Below, piece by piece: positions 9,146-19,484 of a stretch of 57,636 nt of DNA. Numbering within the stretch: the first letter of the stretch is position 1; each line of letters begins with the position of its first letter. The notes below the pieces were generated by a model. That model was not told where the DNA came from and did no database searches. It saw only the letters and a list, made by a program, of their open reading frames with translations. A program made the translations under genes and the position numbers. Source of the DNA: an uncultured Bacilli bacterium (GTDB taxonomy: Bacteria > Bacillota_I > Bacilli_A > RF39 > UBA660); assembly GCA_944332435.1 (NCBI GenBank), contig CALVJW010000005.1:1-57636 (forward strand), read 5' to 3'.

Positions 9146-10480
9146 ATGAAAATAAAATGTGACTCTAGAAAAGTAAAACCGGGAGATACTTTTGTTGCAA
9201 TAAAAGGGTTTTATAAAGATGGACATGATTATATTGAAGAAGCGATTGCGTCTGGAGCAAAAAAGGTTATAGCAGAACATGGATTATATTCTGTTGATAC
9301 TTTGATCGTAAAAGATACGAGAGAATATTTAGTTCAAACATTGAAAAAAGAGTATTATGATCAAATCAAAAAATTAAAATTAATTGGTATAACAGGGACA
9401 AATGGGAAAACAACAACTTGTTTCTTATTATATCAAGCATTAAAAAAAGCGGGTTATCAATGTGCTTATATTGGAACAATTGGATTTTATATTGATAAGA
9501 AAAGGAAAGATTTATTAAATACAACGCCGGATATTTTAGATTTGTATGAAATGTTAATAGAGTGTGAGAAAGAACAAGTCGAATATGTAATGATGGAAGT
9601 AAGTAGTCATGCACTTGATATGAACAGGGTTGGGGGATTAGAATTTGATTATGCAATTTTTAGTAATTTAACAAAAGATCATTTAGATTATCATTTAGAT
9701 ATGAAAAGTTATGCATTAGCAAAACAAAAATTATTTTATCAGTTAAAAAGAAATGGAAAAGCAATTGTAAATGTAGACGATGATTATAAGAATTTCTTTT
9801 TGGTTCATAATAATACTATTACTTATGGTCTAAAAGAAGGAGAGTATCAACTTACAGATTATAAGATGGATATTCACGGTAGTAAATTTATAATTAACAA
9901 TGAAAAGTATCAATCAAAATTGATTGGTAAACATAATTTGTATAATTTATTGGTTACCGTTATTATGTTAAAAGAGTTAAAAATTTCTAATATTGAACAG
10001 TTGATTTCTTCTTTAGAAGCACCAAAAGGAAGAATGGAAATGATTCCATATCATGATAATATTATTGTTGTAGATTATGCGCATACACCTGATGCAGTTG
10101 CCAATATGATTCAAGCATTTCAAGAAATAGAACATCAGCATATTTATACGATTATTGGTTGTGGCGGTAATCGAGATAAAACGAAAAGACCAATTATGGC
10201 AGATATCGCAACAAAATTATCTGATTATGTAATATTCACCAGTGATAATCCTAGAAATGAAGATCCAATGACAATTATTCAAGATATGATACAAAATTTA
10301 GACAGAAAAAATTATGAAATTGAAGAAAATCGTGCGATTGCTATTACTAAGGGTGTACAAAAGTGTGAAAAAAATGATATACTGTTAGTGCTTGGAAAGG
10401 GACATGAGGAGTATCAAATTATAAAAGAAAATAAAATACATTTTAGTGATCGAGAAATTATTGAGGATTTAATAAAGTAA
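9146..10480 (+). CDS. murE: MurE ligase paralog 2 (DNPR motif, meso-DAP-adding)
   Basis: GTNGKTT, EVSSHA, DYAHTPD, SDNPRNED and GKGHE motifs. ATG at 9146 after a GAGGTG SD. Confidence 0.93.
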   Translation: MKIKCDSRKVKPGDTFVAIKGFYKDGHDYIEEAIASGAKKVIAEHGLYSVDTLIVKDTREYLVQTLKKEYYDQIKKLKLIGITGTNGKTTTCFLLYQALKKAGYQCAYIGTIGFYIDKKRKDLLNTTPDILDLYEMLIECEKEQVEYVMMEVSSHALDMNRVGGLEFDYAIFSNLTKDHLDYHLDMKSYALAKQKLFYQLKRNGKAIVNVDDDYKNFFLVHNNTITYGLKEGEYQLTDYKMDIHGSKFIINNEKYQSKLIGKHNLYNLLVTVIMLKELKISNIEQLISSLEAPKGRMEMIPYHDNIIVVDYAHTPDAVANMIQAFQEIEHQHIYTIIGCGGNRDKTKRPIMADIATKLSDYVIFTSDNPRNEDPMTIIQDMIQNLDRKNYEIEENRAIAITKGVQKCEKNDILLVLGKGHEEYQIIKENKIHFSDREIIEDLIK

Positions 10481-10493
10481 TAGAGGTGATAGT

Positions 10494-11486
10494 ATGTTAA
10501 TCCTAACGAAAGCGGTTCTGGCAATGATGATTGGTTTTATTCTTTCTGTAATAACCGGATTAATTGCCATTCCTTTGCTTAGAAAACTAAAAATTAAGCA
10601 AAAAGTAAGTATCTTTTTAAGTAAAAAACACAAAGAAAAAAACGGAACTCCAACAATGGGAGGAATTATTTTTATCATTCCAACATTGGTTACAGTATTT
10701 ATTTTATTATTGATGGATAAGATGCAGTTTAGTGAAAACTTATTTATTGTAATATTAGTTTTTGTCCTATATGGTATCTTAGGTTTCGTAGACGATTATT
10801 TAAGTATTAAACGAGGACATAATGAAGGATTAACAGAACTTCAAAAATTATTTGGTCAATTAGTAATTGCTTTAATCTTCTTTTATATTTTTATGAAGAG
10901 TGGTTCTCAACCAATTTTTGATGTTCATACATTAGGAATTAAAATTAATATGGGGTGGTTTTATGGAATCTTCTTATTATTCATTTTAGTTGCAAGCTCT
11001 AATGCTGTTAATTTAACGGATGGACTAGATGGATTGGCTGGAGGATTATCACTTATTGCCTTCTTAGCGTTTGCACTTATTAGTTGGAATTCAAAATATG
11101 TAACAGGAAGTGAAGATATTGCCATCTTCTGCTTTATCCTTGTTGGTTCATTATTCGGATTTTTACTATTTAATACACATCCTGCTAAAGTATTTATGGG
11201 AGATACCGGATCTTTAGCACTTGGTGGTACTCTTGCTAGTGTAGCTGTGATTACAAGTCATGAAATTACATTAATTATTGTTGCCGGAGTATTTGTAGTA
11301 GAAACTTTATCATGTATTATTCAAATGCTATCTGTTCGTTTCGCTGGTAAAAAAGTATTTATTATGGCACCACTTCATCACCATTTTGAAAAACTCGGAT
11401 GGGATGAAAGAGATGTTGTAAAAATCTTTTGGACAGTAGGAATGTTACTAAGTATGGCAGCAATCGCTTTTGGAGTATGGATTTAA
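10494..11486 (+). CDS. mraY: Phospho-N-acetylmuramoyl-pentapeptide transferase
   Basis: GTPTMGG, NAVNLTDGLDGLA, FMGDTGS and APLHHHFE motifs. Confidence 0.97.
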   Translation: MLILTKAVLAMMIGFILSVITGLIAIPLLRKLKIKQKVSIFLSKKHKEKNGTPTMGGIIFIIPTLVTVFILLLMDKMQFSENLFIVILVFVLYGILGFVDDYLSIKRGHNEGLTELQKLFGQLVIALIFFYIFMKSGSQPIFDVHTLGIKINMGWFYGIFLLFILVASSNAVNLTDGLDGLAGGLSLIAFLAFALISWNSKYVTGSEDIAIFCFILVGSLFGFLLFNTHPAKVFMGDTGSLALGGTLASVAVITSHEITLIIVAGVFVVETLSCIIQMLSVRFAGKKVFIMAPLHHHFEKLGWDERDVVKIFWTVGMLLSMAAIAFGVWI

Positions 11487-11726
11487 AAAGTATCGTTGGA
11501 TACTTTTTTTGTTGCTAAAGGATTATGAAAGGATAGAGTAGTTGTATAAAGAAAAGAATAAAATCCGTTATCTAATTTAATCAGTACTTTCATAAGAATT
11601 AAGATAGACTTATCATAGAAAAATTTTCATCCTAAAATTGTTTGCACAATAGAATGATTTTCCCATAAAATAGTTGGAATCTTAAAGGAGATATGCTATA
11701 ATGTGGTTAATGATAGAGGGGATACT

Positions 11727-12275
11727 ATGGATGGACTATTAACAGAAAGTAAAAAAAGACCAATCATTGCGTTAGATGATATTAAAATAAAATTTTTTGA
11801 AGAAATCGTAGTAGAAGAGACTCATGAAAAAAAAGAGATTCCTGTTGAACACAAAGTAGAAGAAGTTGATTTTATTCATGATGTGGTTGGAAGAACGGAA
11901 CAGAGTGAATCAATTCATGAGGTAGAAGAGACAATTTCATCATTAGAAAATTCAATTGATTCTTTAACACCAAAAGTACCAGTGATACCAGAAAAGAAAT
12001 TAGAGAAAATAAAAGATACTGCTAAGATAAAATTAATGAAGAAAACGGTACGAGAAGATCTAAAAAATGTCCATTATGATGAACAACCAGAGCTTGCTAA
12101 TTTAGAAAATACGATTATTTTAAATGCTGATATTTTGAAAAAAGATATGGTGATGGAAAAACCGGAAAAAGATGAAGAAAAAAGTAATAAACGTTCCAAA
12201 ATTATCATATTATCATTGTTTATTATTTTGATTTTATTTGCATGTTCCATTCCATTATTTATTCGATTTTTATAA
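11727..12275 (+). CDS. Hypothetical acidic protein with C-terminal TM anchor
   Basis: ORF with SD (GAGGGG) and TATAAT upstream. Hydrophobic C-terminus. Confidence 0.6.
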   Translation: MDGLLTESKKRPIIALDDIKIKFFEEIVVEETHEKKEIPVEHKVEEVDFIHDVVGRTEQSESIHEVEETISSLENSIDSLTPKVPVIPEKKLEKIKDTAKIKLMKKTVREDLKNVHYDEQPELANLENTIILNADILKKDMVMEKPEKDEEKSNKRSKIIILSLFIILILFACSIPLFIRFL

Positions 12276-12334
12276 AAAAAGTGGAGGGTGGAATACATCC
12301 TCTTTTTGCTTAATTAGGTAGTAAGGAGTATAAA

Positions 12335-13648
12335 ATGAAAAAAGTTGTAATCATTGTAATTGCCATTATTGGTATTATAGGGGTTGCTTGTGCTACTTAT
12401 TTTGGATTACAGTGGAAAGAAGAAAAAGAAATAGCAGCTTATGTAGCACAACTAGATCAAGATTTTAAATTATTGTATCAAGATGAAGATTGTAAGATTC
12501 CGAAAGAAGATCTTACTGAAGAAGAAGTTGATGAAGTAATAGAGAAAATAGAAGAAAATAAATATTCTATCAACAAAGAAAAGCAATTAGAACAATTAAA
12601 AGAATTAAAACAGTATCTTTCATTCAAACAAGAATTAAATGATTTTTTTGAGGAAGAAGTATTAAAAGCAGATGTTTCAAACGAACAGTTAGAAACGTTA
12701 CAAAAAGAAGTGGAGAAGTTACCAGAGAATCTTCAAGAATTACTTGATGAAAAGATGAACTTAGCATTAGAACAAAAGAAGAAAATAGATGAAGCAGTTG
12801 CTTCTTTAGAACAATTATTTGTAAGTAAAGAAATGAAACAAGTAAAAGAAAAGGTAACAAGAAAAGAATTAGAAACGGCTAAAAATAAAATGAAAGAATT
12901 ACCACAGAAAGAGTTGTGGACAAAATATCAAGAAAAATATACGACAGTAGAAAAATTTATCAAAGATAGAGAAGAAAAAGAACGAGAAGAACGAGAAGAA
13001 CGAAAAGCTGAATTAGAACGTCAAAGACAAATTGAATTGGAACGACAAAGAAAATTAGAAGAAGAAGAAAGAAGAAAAGAAGAGGAGAGACAAAAAATTC
13101 AAAATGCTTATGTTGAGATAAAAAACGTCCCTTATATCAATCAAAAATATAATAAAGTATATAATGGATGTGAAGCTGCATGTCTTTTGATGTCTTTACA
13201 ATATCGAGGTTTAGCAACTAATCACAATTTAACTTCTTTTGCAACCATCATGCCAAAACATGAAAGTAATCCCCATCTTGGGTTTATCCATTCTATTTTT
13301 GATTTAGAACCAAGAGATGTAACACATTGGATTGCACCAGATGCTTTAAGTTCATTTGGATCACAATTTGGAAATGTAAAAAATGTATCAGGTAGTACGG
13401 CTGGACAAATTCGATCTTATATTGATCAAAACATTCCCGTAATTGTCTATGTAACGGCTAATTTTCAAAGTCCAACCAAGTGGTATGGAGAAGTACCTTT
13501 AAATTTACATGTTGTCTTAGTAACTGGTTATAATAAGATTACTGGTGACTATATTATTAGTGATCCATGGAGTGGACGAATGGTAGTATCAAAAAATACG
13601 TTTGAATCTATCTACAATTTACTTAGATATGCGGTTATTGTGCAATAA
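12335..13648 (+). CDS. Membrane-anchored coiled-coil protein with C39-like cysteine peptidase domain
   Basis: N-terminal TM, E/K/R coiled coil, then VPYINQ...GCEAA...HVVLVTGY...DPW triad. Confidence 0.82.
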   Translation: MKKVVIIVIAIIGIIGVACATYFGLQWKEEKEIAAYVAQLDQDFKLLYQDEDCKIPKEDLTEEEVDEVIEKIEENKYSINKEKQLEQLKELKQYLSFKQELNDFFEEEVLKADVSNEQLETLQKEVEKLPENLQELLDEKMNLALEQKKKIDEAVASLEQLFVSKEMKQVKEKVTRKELETAKNKMKELPQKELWTKYQEKYTTVEKFIKDREEKEREEREERKAELERQRQIELERQRKLEEEERRKEEERQKIQNAYVEIKNVPYINQKYNKVYNGCEAACLLMSLQYRGLATNHNLTSFATIMPKHESNPHLGFIHSIFDLEPRDVTHWIAPDALSSFGSQFGNVKNVSGSTAGQIRSYIDQNIPVIVYVTANFQSPTKWYGEVPLNLHVVLVTGYNKITGDYIISDPWSGRMVVSKNTFESIYNLLRYAVIVQ

Positions 13649-13748
13649 GAATTGGAAGAAATCCAATTCTTTTTCATTTTCATATAACGAGAAACGTGTT
13701 ATAATTGTTATGTTGAGAAATGTTTGTTATTAGAAAAAAGGAGGAAAC

Positions 13749-14048
13749 ATGGAACAGTTAAGTAAAGAGCAATTAGATCATGTTGCAAATCTTGCAAGAT
13801 TAAATCTAAGTGAAGATGAAAGAGAAAAGTATGCGACAGATTTTGTAACAATTTTAAATGATATTGAAAAAATTAATCAAGTTGATTTAAGTGATGTAAC
13901 GGATGAAATGATGATTAGTCCTAGTACCAATATCAATGAATATCATGAAGTAGAAACAGTGGAAGAAATTAGAAAGGAGGAGGCACTAAAAAATAGTAAA
14001 CTATCAGATGGAGACTATGTTGTAGTGCCACAAGTAATCCATGACTAA
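13749..14048 (+). CDS. gatC: Asp/Glu-tRNA amidotransferase subunit C
   Basis: HVANLARL...VVPQV. Precedes gatA. Confidence 0.93.
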   Translation: MEQLSKEQLDHVANLARLNLSEDEREKYATDFVTILNDIEKINQVDLSDVTDEMMISPSTNINEYHEVETVEEIRKEEALKNSKLSDGDYVVVPQVIHD

Positions 14049-15495
14049 TTATTTAGATTTAAGTGTAACAGAGTTACATGAATTATTAAAAAAGAAAGAA
14101 ATTAAACCAATTGATTTGGTAGAAGAAGCATTTGCACGAATTGAACAAAGAAATGATAATGCTTTTATTACATTAAATAAAGAAGAAGCAATTCGTGTTG
14201 CAAAAGAATTAGAAGAGAAAGAAGTAGATCATATCTTATTTGGAATTCCCGTTGCGATAAAAGATAATATTTTAACGAAAGATTTACGTACGACTTGTGC
14301 ATCTTATATGTTAAATGACTTTAATCCAGTGGTGGATGCAACTGTAGTAGAAAAATTAAAAGCGTGTCATGCTATTATTATTGGAAAGACGAATATGGAT
14401 GAATTTGCCATGGGATCTACTGGAGAAACTTCTTACTTTGGACCTTCTAAAAATCCTTGGAATGAAAAGAAAGTAACAGGGGGATCTTCTAGTGGTAGTG
14501 CTAGTGCTATTAGTAGTAGAAGTGTTGCAGTAGCACTGGGTTCAGATACAGGTGGAAGTATTCGTCAACCAGCTAGTTTCTGTGGATTAGTAGGATTAAA
14601 ACCAACGTATGGAAGAGTTTCTAGAAATGGTCTTGTTGCTTTTGCATCTAGTTTAGATCAAATTGGTCCGATGACAAAAAATGTAAGTGACAATGCAATC
14701 GTGCTTTCTGTCATTAGCGGAAGAGATGAAAGAGATTTGACGAGTTCTCATGTAGAAGTACCAGATTATACAAAGTTCTTAAATCAAGATATTAAAGGAA
14801 TGAAAATCGCCGTTCCACGTTATTATATGAGTGATGTCATTGATGAAGAAGTAAGAAAACAAGTAGAGAAAATGATAACACTATTACAAGAGCATGGAGC
14901 AATTGTTGATTATGTTGATGTCCATCATATGGAACATGCAATTAGTTTATATCAAATTATTGCTCTTGGAGAAGCAAGTAGTAATTTAGCTCGTTTTGAT
15001 GGAATCCGTTATGGTCATTTAACAGAATCTTATGATAATATCGAAGAACTTTATAAAAAAACACGTTCTGAAGGATTTGGACGTGAAGTAAAACGCCGTA
15101 TTATGATTGGAAGTTATGTATTAAGTGGAGAAAATGCCGACATTTACTATAAAAAAGCATTAAAAGTAAGAAAGGCTTTAGCAAATAGTTTTGCAAAAGC
15201 ATTTGAAGATTATGATTTAATTATTGGCCCAACCAATACGAATGTTGCTTATGATTTAGGAACAAAAAAAGACGATGCATTAAAAAGTTTCTATGATGAT
15301 ATTTTAACAATTCCCGTGAATATGGCAGGACTTCCAGGTATGAGTTTACCAATTGGTTTTAATCACGAACACTTACCAATTGGAATGCATATTATTGGAA
15401 ATTATTTCGAAGAAGGAAAAATTTATACATTAGCAAGTTTTATTGAACAAGAATTAAAGTTAGAATTAAAACCAAAGGAGGGAGAAACATGTTAG
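14041..15495 (+). CDS. gatA: Amidotransferase subunit A
   Basis: GKTNMDEFAMGS, GGSSSGS and GSDTGGSIRQPA amidase signature. Confidence 0.97.
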   Translation: MTNYLDLSVTELHELLKKKEIKPIDLVEEAFARIEQRNDNAFITLNKEEAIRVAKELEEKEVDHILFGIPVAIKDNILTKDLRTTCASYMLNDFNPVVDATVVEKLKACHAIIIGKTNMDEFAMGSTGETSYFGPSKNPWNEKKVTGGSSSGSASAISSRSVAVALGSDTGGSIRQPASFCGLVGLKPTYGRVSRNGLVAFASSLDQIGPMTKNVSDNAIVLSVISGRDERDLTSSHVEVPDYTKFLNQDIKGMKIAVPRYYMSDVIDEEVRKQVEKMITLLQEHGAIVDYVDVHHMEHAISLYQIIALGEASSNLARFDGIRYGHLTESYDNIEELYKKTRSEGFGREVKRRIMIGSYVLSGENADIYYKKALKVRKALANSFAKAFEDYDLIIGPTNTNVAYDLGTKKDDALKSFYDDILTIPVNMAGLPGMSLPIGFNHEHLPIGMHIIGNYFEEGKIYTLASFIEQELKLELKPKEGETC

Positions 15496-16907
15496 TACCA
15501 ACAATTGGAATAGAAGTACACGTAGAGTTAAAGAGTAAAGCCAAAGTATATTCTAATAGTTTAAATGCATTCTCTCCAGAAGCAAATAAGAATATGACAC
15601 TAATAGATTATGGATATCCAGGAAGTTTACCAGTATTAAATCGCGAAGTAATTGATATGGCATTAAAAGCATGTCTTGCATTACATTGTAAAATTAATAA
15701 AGAAATGCATTGGGATCGTAAAAATTATTTTTATCCAGATTTACCAAAGGGATATCAAATTACACAACAAGATACTCCAATTGGCTATGATGGATACTTA
15801 GAAATTGAAGTAAATGGTAAAAAGAAGAAGATTGGAATTGAACGAATTCATATCGAAGAAGATACTTGTAAAAGTATTCACAGTATAGCAGGAACAAAAT
15901 TAAACTTCAATCGTGCTGGAGTGCCACTAATTGAAATTGTTTCTAAACCAGATATGGAAAATGGAGAAGAAGCAAAGGCATATGCCGAAACATTACGTTC
16001 TATTCTTTTATACTTAGGTATTAGTGACGTAAAGATTGAAGAAGGAAGTATGCGATGTGATACCAATGTTTCCCTAAGAGAAGAAGGTAGTGACAAATTA
16101 GGAACAAAGTGTGAAATTAAAAATATTGGTTCTATTAGTAATGTGGCACGCAGTATTGATTTTGAAATAGCAAGACAAACCAAGTTATTGGAAGCAGGAG
16201 AAACGATTAAAGAACAAACACGTCGTTTTGATGATAGTACAATGGAAACAGTATTAATGAGAGAAAAAGAAACGGGAAATGACTATCGTTATTTTCCAGA
16301 ACCAGATATTCCATATGTTATTTTAACGGATGAAGAAATTGAAGCGGTAAGAAAAGAATTACCAGTTTTACCAAATGAGTTAAAAATGAAATATCGTGAA
16401 ACGGGAATGAGTGAACTTGCAATGAATACAGTAATTGCAAACCCTGAACTTTGTGCTTGGCTAGAAAATTTATTTACAAAAGTAAATCCAGTCATTACAG
16501 CAAACTTACTTACAGGAGATATCTTATCTTATTTAAATAAAGAAAAAATTTCATTAAAAGATACAAAATTAGAACAAGATATGCTGCAAGATTTAGTAGA
16601 AGCATTAGATAAAAAAGAAATTTCTAGTAAGCAAGGAAAAGAAATATTAGAGATATTACTTACAAAGGGTGGAAATGTAAAAGAAATTAGAAAAGAATGC
16701 GGAATGGAACAAATAAGTGATGATGCAACGTTAAGAAAGATGATTACAGAAGTAATTGAGAATAATAAAGAAAGCGTTGAAGATTATAAAGCTGGACGAG
16801 ATCGAGCAGTAAAATATTTAATGGGACAAATTATGAAAGCATCAAAAGGTCAAGCAAATCCAGCTAAAGTAAATACGTTATTATTAGAAATGTTACAAAA
16901 ATATTAA
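15489..16907 (+). CDS. gatB: Amidotransferase subunit B
   Basis: IGIEVHVEL, RKNYFYPDLPKGYQI and DYRYFPEPD motifs. Confidence 0.97.
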   Translation: MLVPTIGIEVHVELKSKAKVYSNSLNAFSPEANKNMTLIDYGYPGSLPVLNREVIDMALKACLALHCKINKEMHWDRKNYFYPDLPKGYQITQQDTPIGYDGYLEIEVNGKKKKIGIERIHIEEDTCKSIHSIAGTKLNFNRAGVPLIEIVSKPDMENGEEAKAYAETLRSILLYLGISDVKIEEGSMRCDTNVSLREEGSDKLGTKCEIKNIGSISNVARSIDFEIARQTKLLEAGETIKEQTRRFDDSTMETVLMREKETGNDYRYFPEPDIPYVILTDEEIEAVRKELPVLPNELKMKYRETGMSELAMNTVIANPELCAWLENLFTKVNPVITANLLTGDILSYLNKEKISLKDTKLEQDMLQDLVEALDKKEISSKQGKEILEILLTKGGNVKEIRKECGMEQISDDATLRKMITEVIENNKESVEDYKAGRDRAVKYLMGQIMKASKGQANPAKVNTLLLEMLQKY

Positions 16908-16961
16908 TTTGATAGAAAACATAAAATATAGTATAATGAGTAACGATTGAGGTGAAGAAAA

Positions 16962-17405
16962 GTGAAGTTTTTTAAAAAGAATAAAAAGATTGTAATTGGA
17001 GTTACAATTGCGGTTATTGTATTATTAGTAGTATTTTTAGTAAAAATTCTTGTTTTTCCAACATTTGAGAAAGACCGTTATGGAAATCGTTTAGACGGTA
17101 TCGAACAAGTAAGAATTAATTCTGATTCTATGACAAAAATGGAACAAGAATTATCGACTGCTAATAATATAGAAAGTGTTAGTACAGATGTAAAAGGTAG
17201 AATTATCAATATTATGATTGAAGTAAAAGCAGGAACAAAAGCAGAAGATGCGAAAAAAGTAGCTGATCAAACACTAAAATATTTTACTGGTGATCAAAAA
17301 GAATATTATGATATACAAGTATTTTTAACATCAAGTGATGAAAATTATCCATATATTGGATATAAACATAAAACATCAAAAAGTTTTAAATGGACAAATA
17401 ATTAG
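16962..17405 (+). CDS. Hypothetical membrane-anchored protein
   Basis: Basic N-terminus plus TM helix. SD and TATAAT upstream. Confidence 0.7.
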   Translation: MKFFKKNKKIVIGVTIAVIVLLVVFLVKILVFPTFEKDRYGNRLDGIEQVRINSDSMTKMEQELSTANNIESVSTDVKGRIINIMIEVKAGTKAEDAKKVADQTLKYFTGDQKEYYDIQVFLTSSDENYPYIGYKHKTSKSFKWTNN

Positions 17406-17409
17406 TTAG

Positions 17410-19461
17410 GTGGTAATAATGAAAAAGAGTACAATTATTACATGGATTGTAATAATTCTGATTTTAGCCGGAATTTCTTTTGGAGCTTATCAGTATTATT
17501 TTAAAGAAGATAGTAAATCTACTTTAACATTAGTAGAGAAACAATGGATTGAAAGTAACCGAAACGAAATTATTGATTTTGGAATTACTAATGATATTGA
17601 AGTATTTACTAGTGAAGGAACGGGAATTGTCTTTGATTTTTTAGCTGATTTAGAAGAAGATACAAAGTTAGAATTTAATAAAATACCGGTTAATAAAGGA
17701 GAAAAATCAAAGAGTGAATATCGATTTGAAATTGTTGATAAAAAAGAAAAAAATGATATTTTAGTTTATCAAGATCATTATGTTTTAGTAGATAATGAAA
17801 AACAAGAATATCATAGTATCAATGATATTACGAATTTAAAAATAGGAGTATTAAAAAAAGACTTAGAAAAAGTAAATCATTATTTAGTAGATCGTAATAA
17901 GTTAGCATTTCAAACTTATAATACAGTTGAAGAATTAGTAGCTGCAATGAATGAAAAAGATAAAGCAAAAATAGATGCGATTGTATTACCTAAAATGTAT
18001 TATTTAAAGGAGATTGCAACGAATAAACAATTCAATATTGTTTATAATATGAATGATATCACTTTAGATTATGTAATCAAGTTAGGAAATACGAAACGTT
18101 TAAATAATATTTTAACGAAGTATTTTAGAAAGTGGTCTAAAGAAGATTATCGAAATTCTTTTAATGACAATTTAGTTAATGTTTATTTTAAATTATATGA
18201 TATTGAAGAACAAAAGGCGAGTGAATTTAGAAGTAAAACTTATACTTATGGATTTGTCAATAATCGACCATATCATGTAATGATAGAAAATAAACTTTAT
18301 GGATATATTCCAAAACAATTAGAATCTTTTGCAGAGATGGCTGGAATTGAAATTGAGTATCAAACTTACCGTAATATAGAGGAATTACAAAATGCTTTTG
18401 ATGAAAATAAGATTGATTTCTTCTATAATGATGGAAAAGAGAGAAAATATAATATTGATACTTATGTGACTGCACCAATTGTAAGCGATAGAATGGTAAT
18501 TACATCACCATATCGATATGATTTAGCAATCAATTCTTTACAATCGCTAAAAGATCAAGAAGTAGCAGTTGTAAAAAGTAGTAAATTAGAGCAACAATTA
18601 AAAGAAGTTGGGGCAAAAGTAAAAACATATGATACAGTAGAAAGTTTAGTAATGAGTGAAAGCAACATTATCGCTTTAGATTATTATAATTATGAATATT
18701 ATAAAGCGGGAGCTTTAAAACATTATAAATTAGATTATACGGTAGCAACAGAAAATAATGGATATTTAGTTCGTGATATCAAAGCAAATCATACATTTGA
18801 AAACTTTTTAAGTTTTTATATCCAAATTGTTGGAGAAAATACTTCTATTCATGATCATATTTATCAATTATTACAAATTGGTAATAAACCAGCTATTTTA
18901 AAAAACTTATTAATTTTAATTACAAGTATTGTGGTTCTAACATTAGGATTCTTAGGAATAAAAAAATATAAAGAAATAAAAAATAGTATGACATCTATTA
19001 GTAAAACGGATAAATTAAGATATATTGATAGTTTAACATCATTAAAAAATAGAACATATTTAAATGAACATATTGAATCTTGGGATGATAGTGAAGTTTA
19101 TCCACAAGCAATTGTTATTGTCGATTTAAATAATATTGCTTATATTAATGATAATTATGGACATCAAGAAGGGGATGCGGTTATCAAAGAAGCTGCTAAT
19201 AAGTTAATTACAACACAAATTGAAAATAGTGAGATTATTAGAACAGATGGAAATGAATTCTTAATTTATTTAGTTGGATATGATGAAAAACAAGTTGTTA
19301 CTTATATACGTAAATTAACAAAAGAAATGAAAGACTTAACGCATGGATATGGAGCTGCAGTTGGATATAGTATGATTCAAGATGCAATTAAAACAATTGA
19401 TGATGCAGTCAATGAAGCAACACTAGATATGCGTAGCAATAAAGAAGAATTAAATAATTAA
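17410..19461 (+). CDS. Membrane sensor with tandem solute-binding-like domains and degenerate GGDEF domain
   Basis: Two TM helices, IDSLTSLKNR, DLNNIAYINDNYGHQEGD and RTDGNEF. Confidence 0.82.
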   Translation: MVIMKKSTIITWIVIILILAGISFGAYQYYFKEDSKSTLTLVEKQWIESNRNEIIDFGITNDIEVFTSEGTGIVFDFLADLEEDTKLEFNKIPVNKGEKSKSEYRFEIVDKKEKNDILVYQDHYVLVDNEKQEYHSINDITNLKIGVLKKDLEKVNHYLVDRNKLAFQTYNTVEELVAAMNEKDKAKIDAIVLPKMYYLKEIATNKQFNIVYNMNDITLDYVIKLGNTKRLNNILTKYFRKWSKEDYRNSFNDNLVNVYFKLYDIEEQKASEFRSKTYTYGFVNNRPYHVMIENKLYGYIPKQLESFAEMAGIEIEYQTYRNIEELQNAFDENKIDFFYNDGKERKYNIDTYVTAPIVSDRMVITSPYRYDLAINSLQSLKDQEVAVVKSSKLEQQLKEVGAKVKTYDTVESLVMSESNIIALDYYNYEYYKAGALKHYKLDYTVATENNGYLVRDIKANHTFENFLSFYIQIVGENTSIHDHIYQLLQIGNKPAILKNLLILITSIVVLTLGFLGIKKYKEIKNSMTSISKTDKLRYIDSLTSLKNRTYLNEHIESWDDSEVYPQAIVIVDLNNIAYINDNYGHQEGDAVIKEAANKLITTQIENSEIIRTDGNEFLIYLVGYDEKQVVTYIRKLTKEMKDLTHGYGAAVGYSMIQDAIKTIDDAVNEATLDMRSNKEELNN

Positions 19462-19484
19462 AAAATAAGAGAGCGCGATATTTT

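Noticed and set aside
11523-11595. ttatgaaag/ctttcataa inverted repeat (MITE-like)
   Set aside because: Only 9 bp in AT-rich DNA, and no second copy seen in the window.
12960-13100. GAA-rich repeats suggesting an array
   Set aside because: Low-complexity coiled-coil coding sequence.
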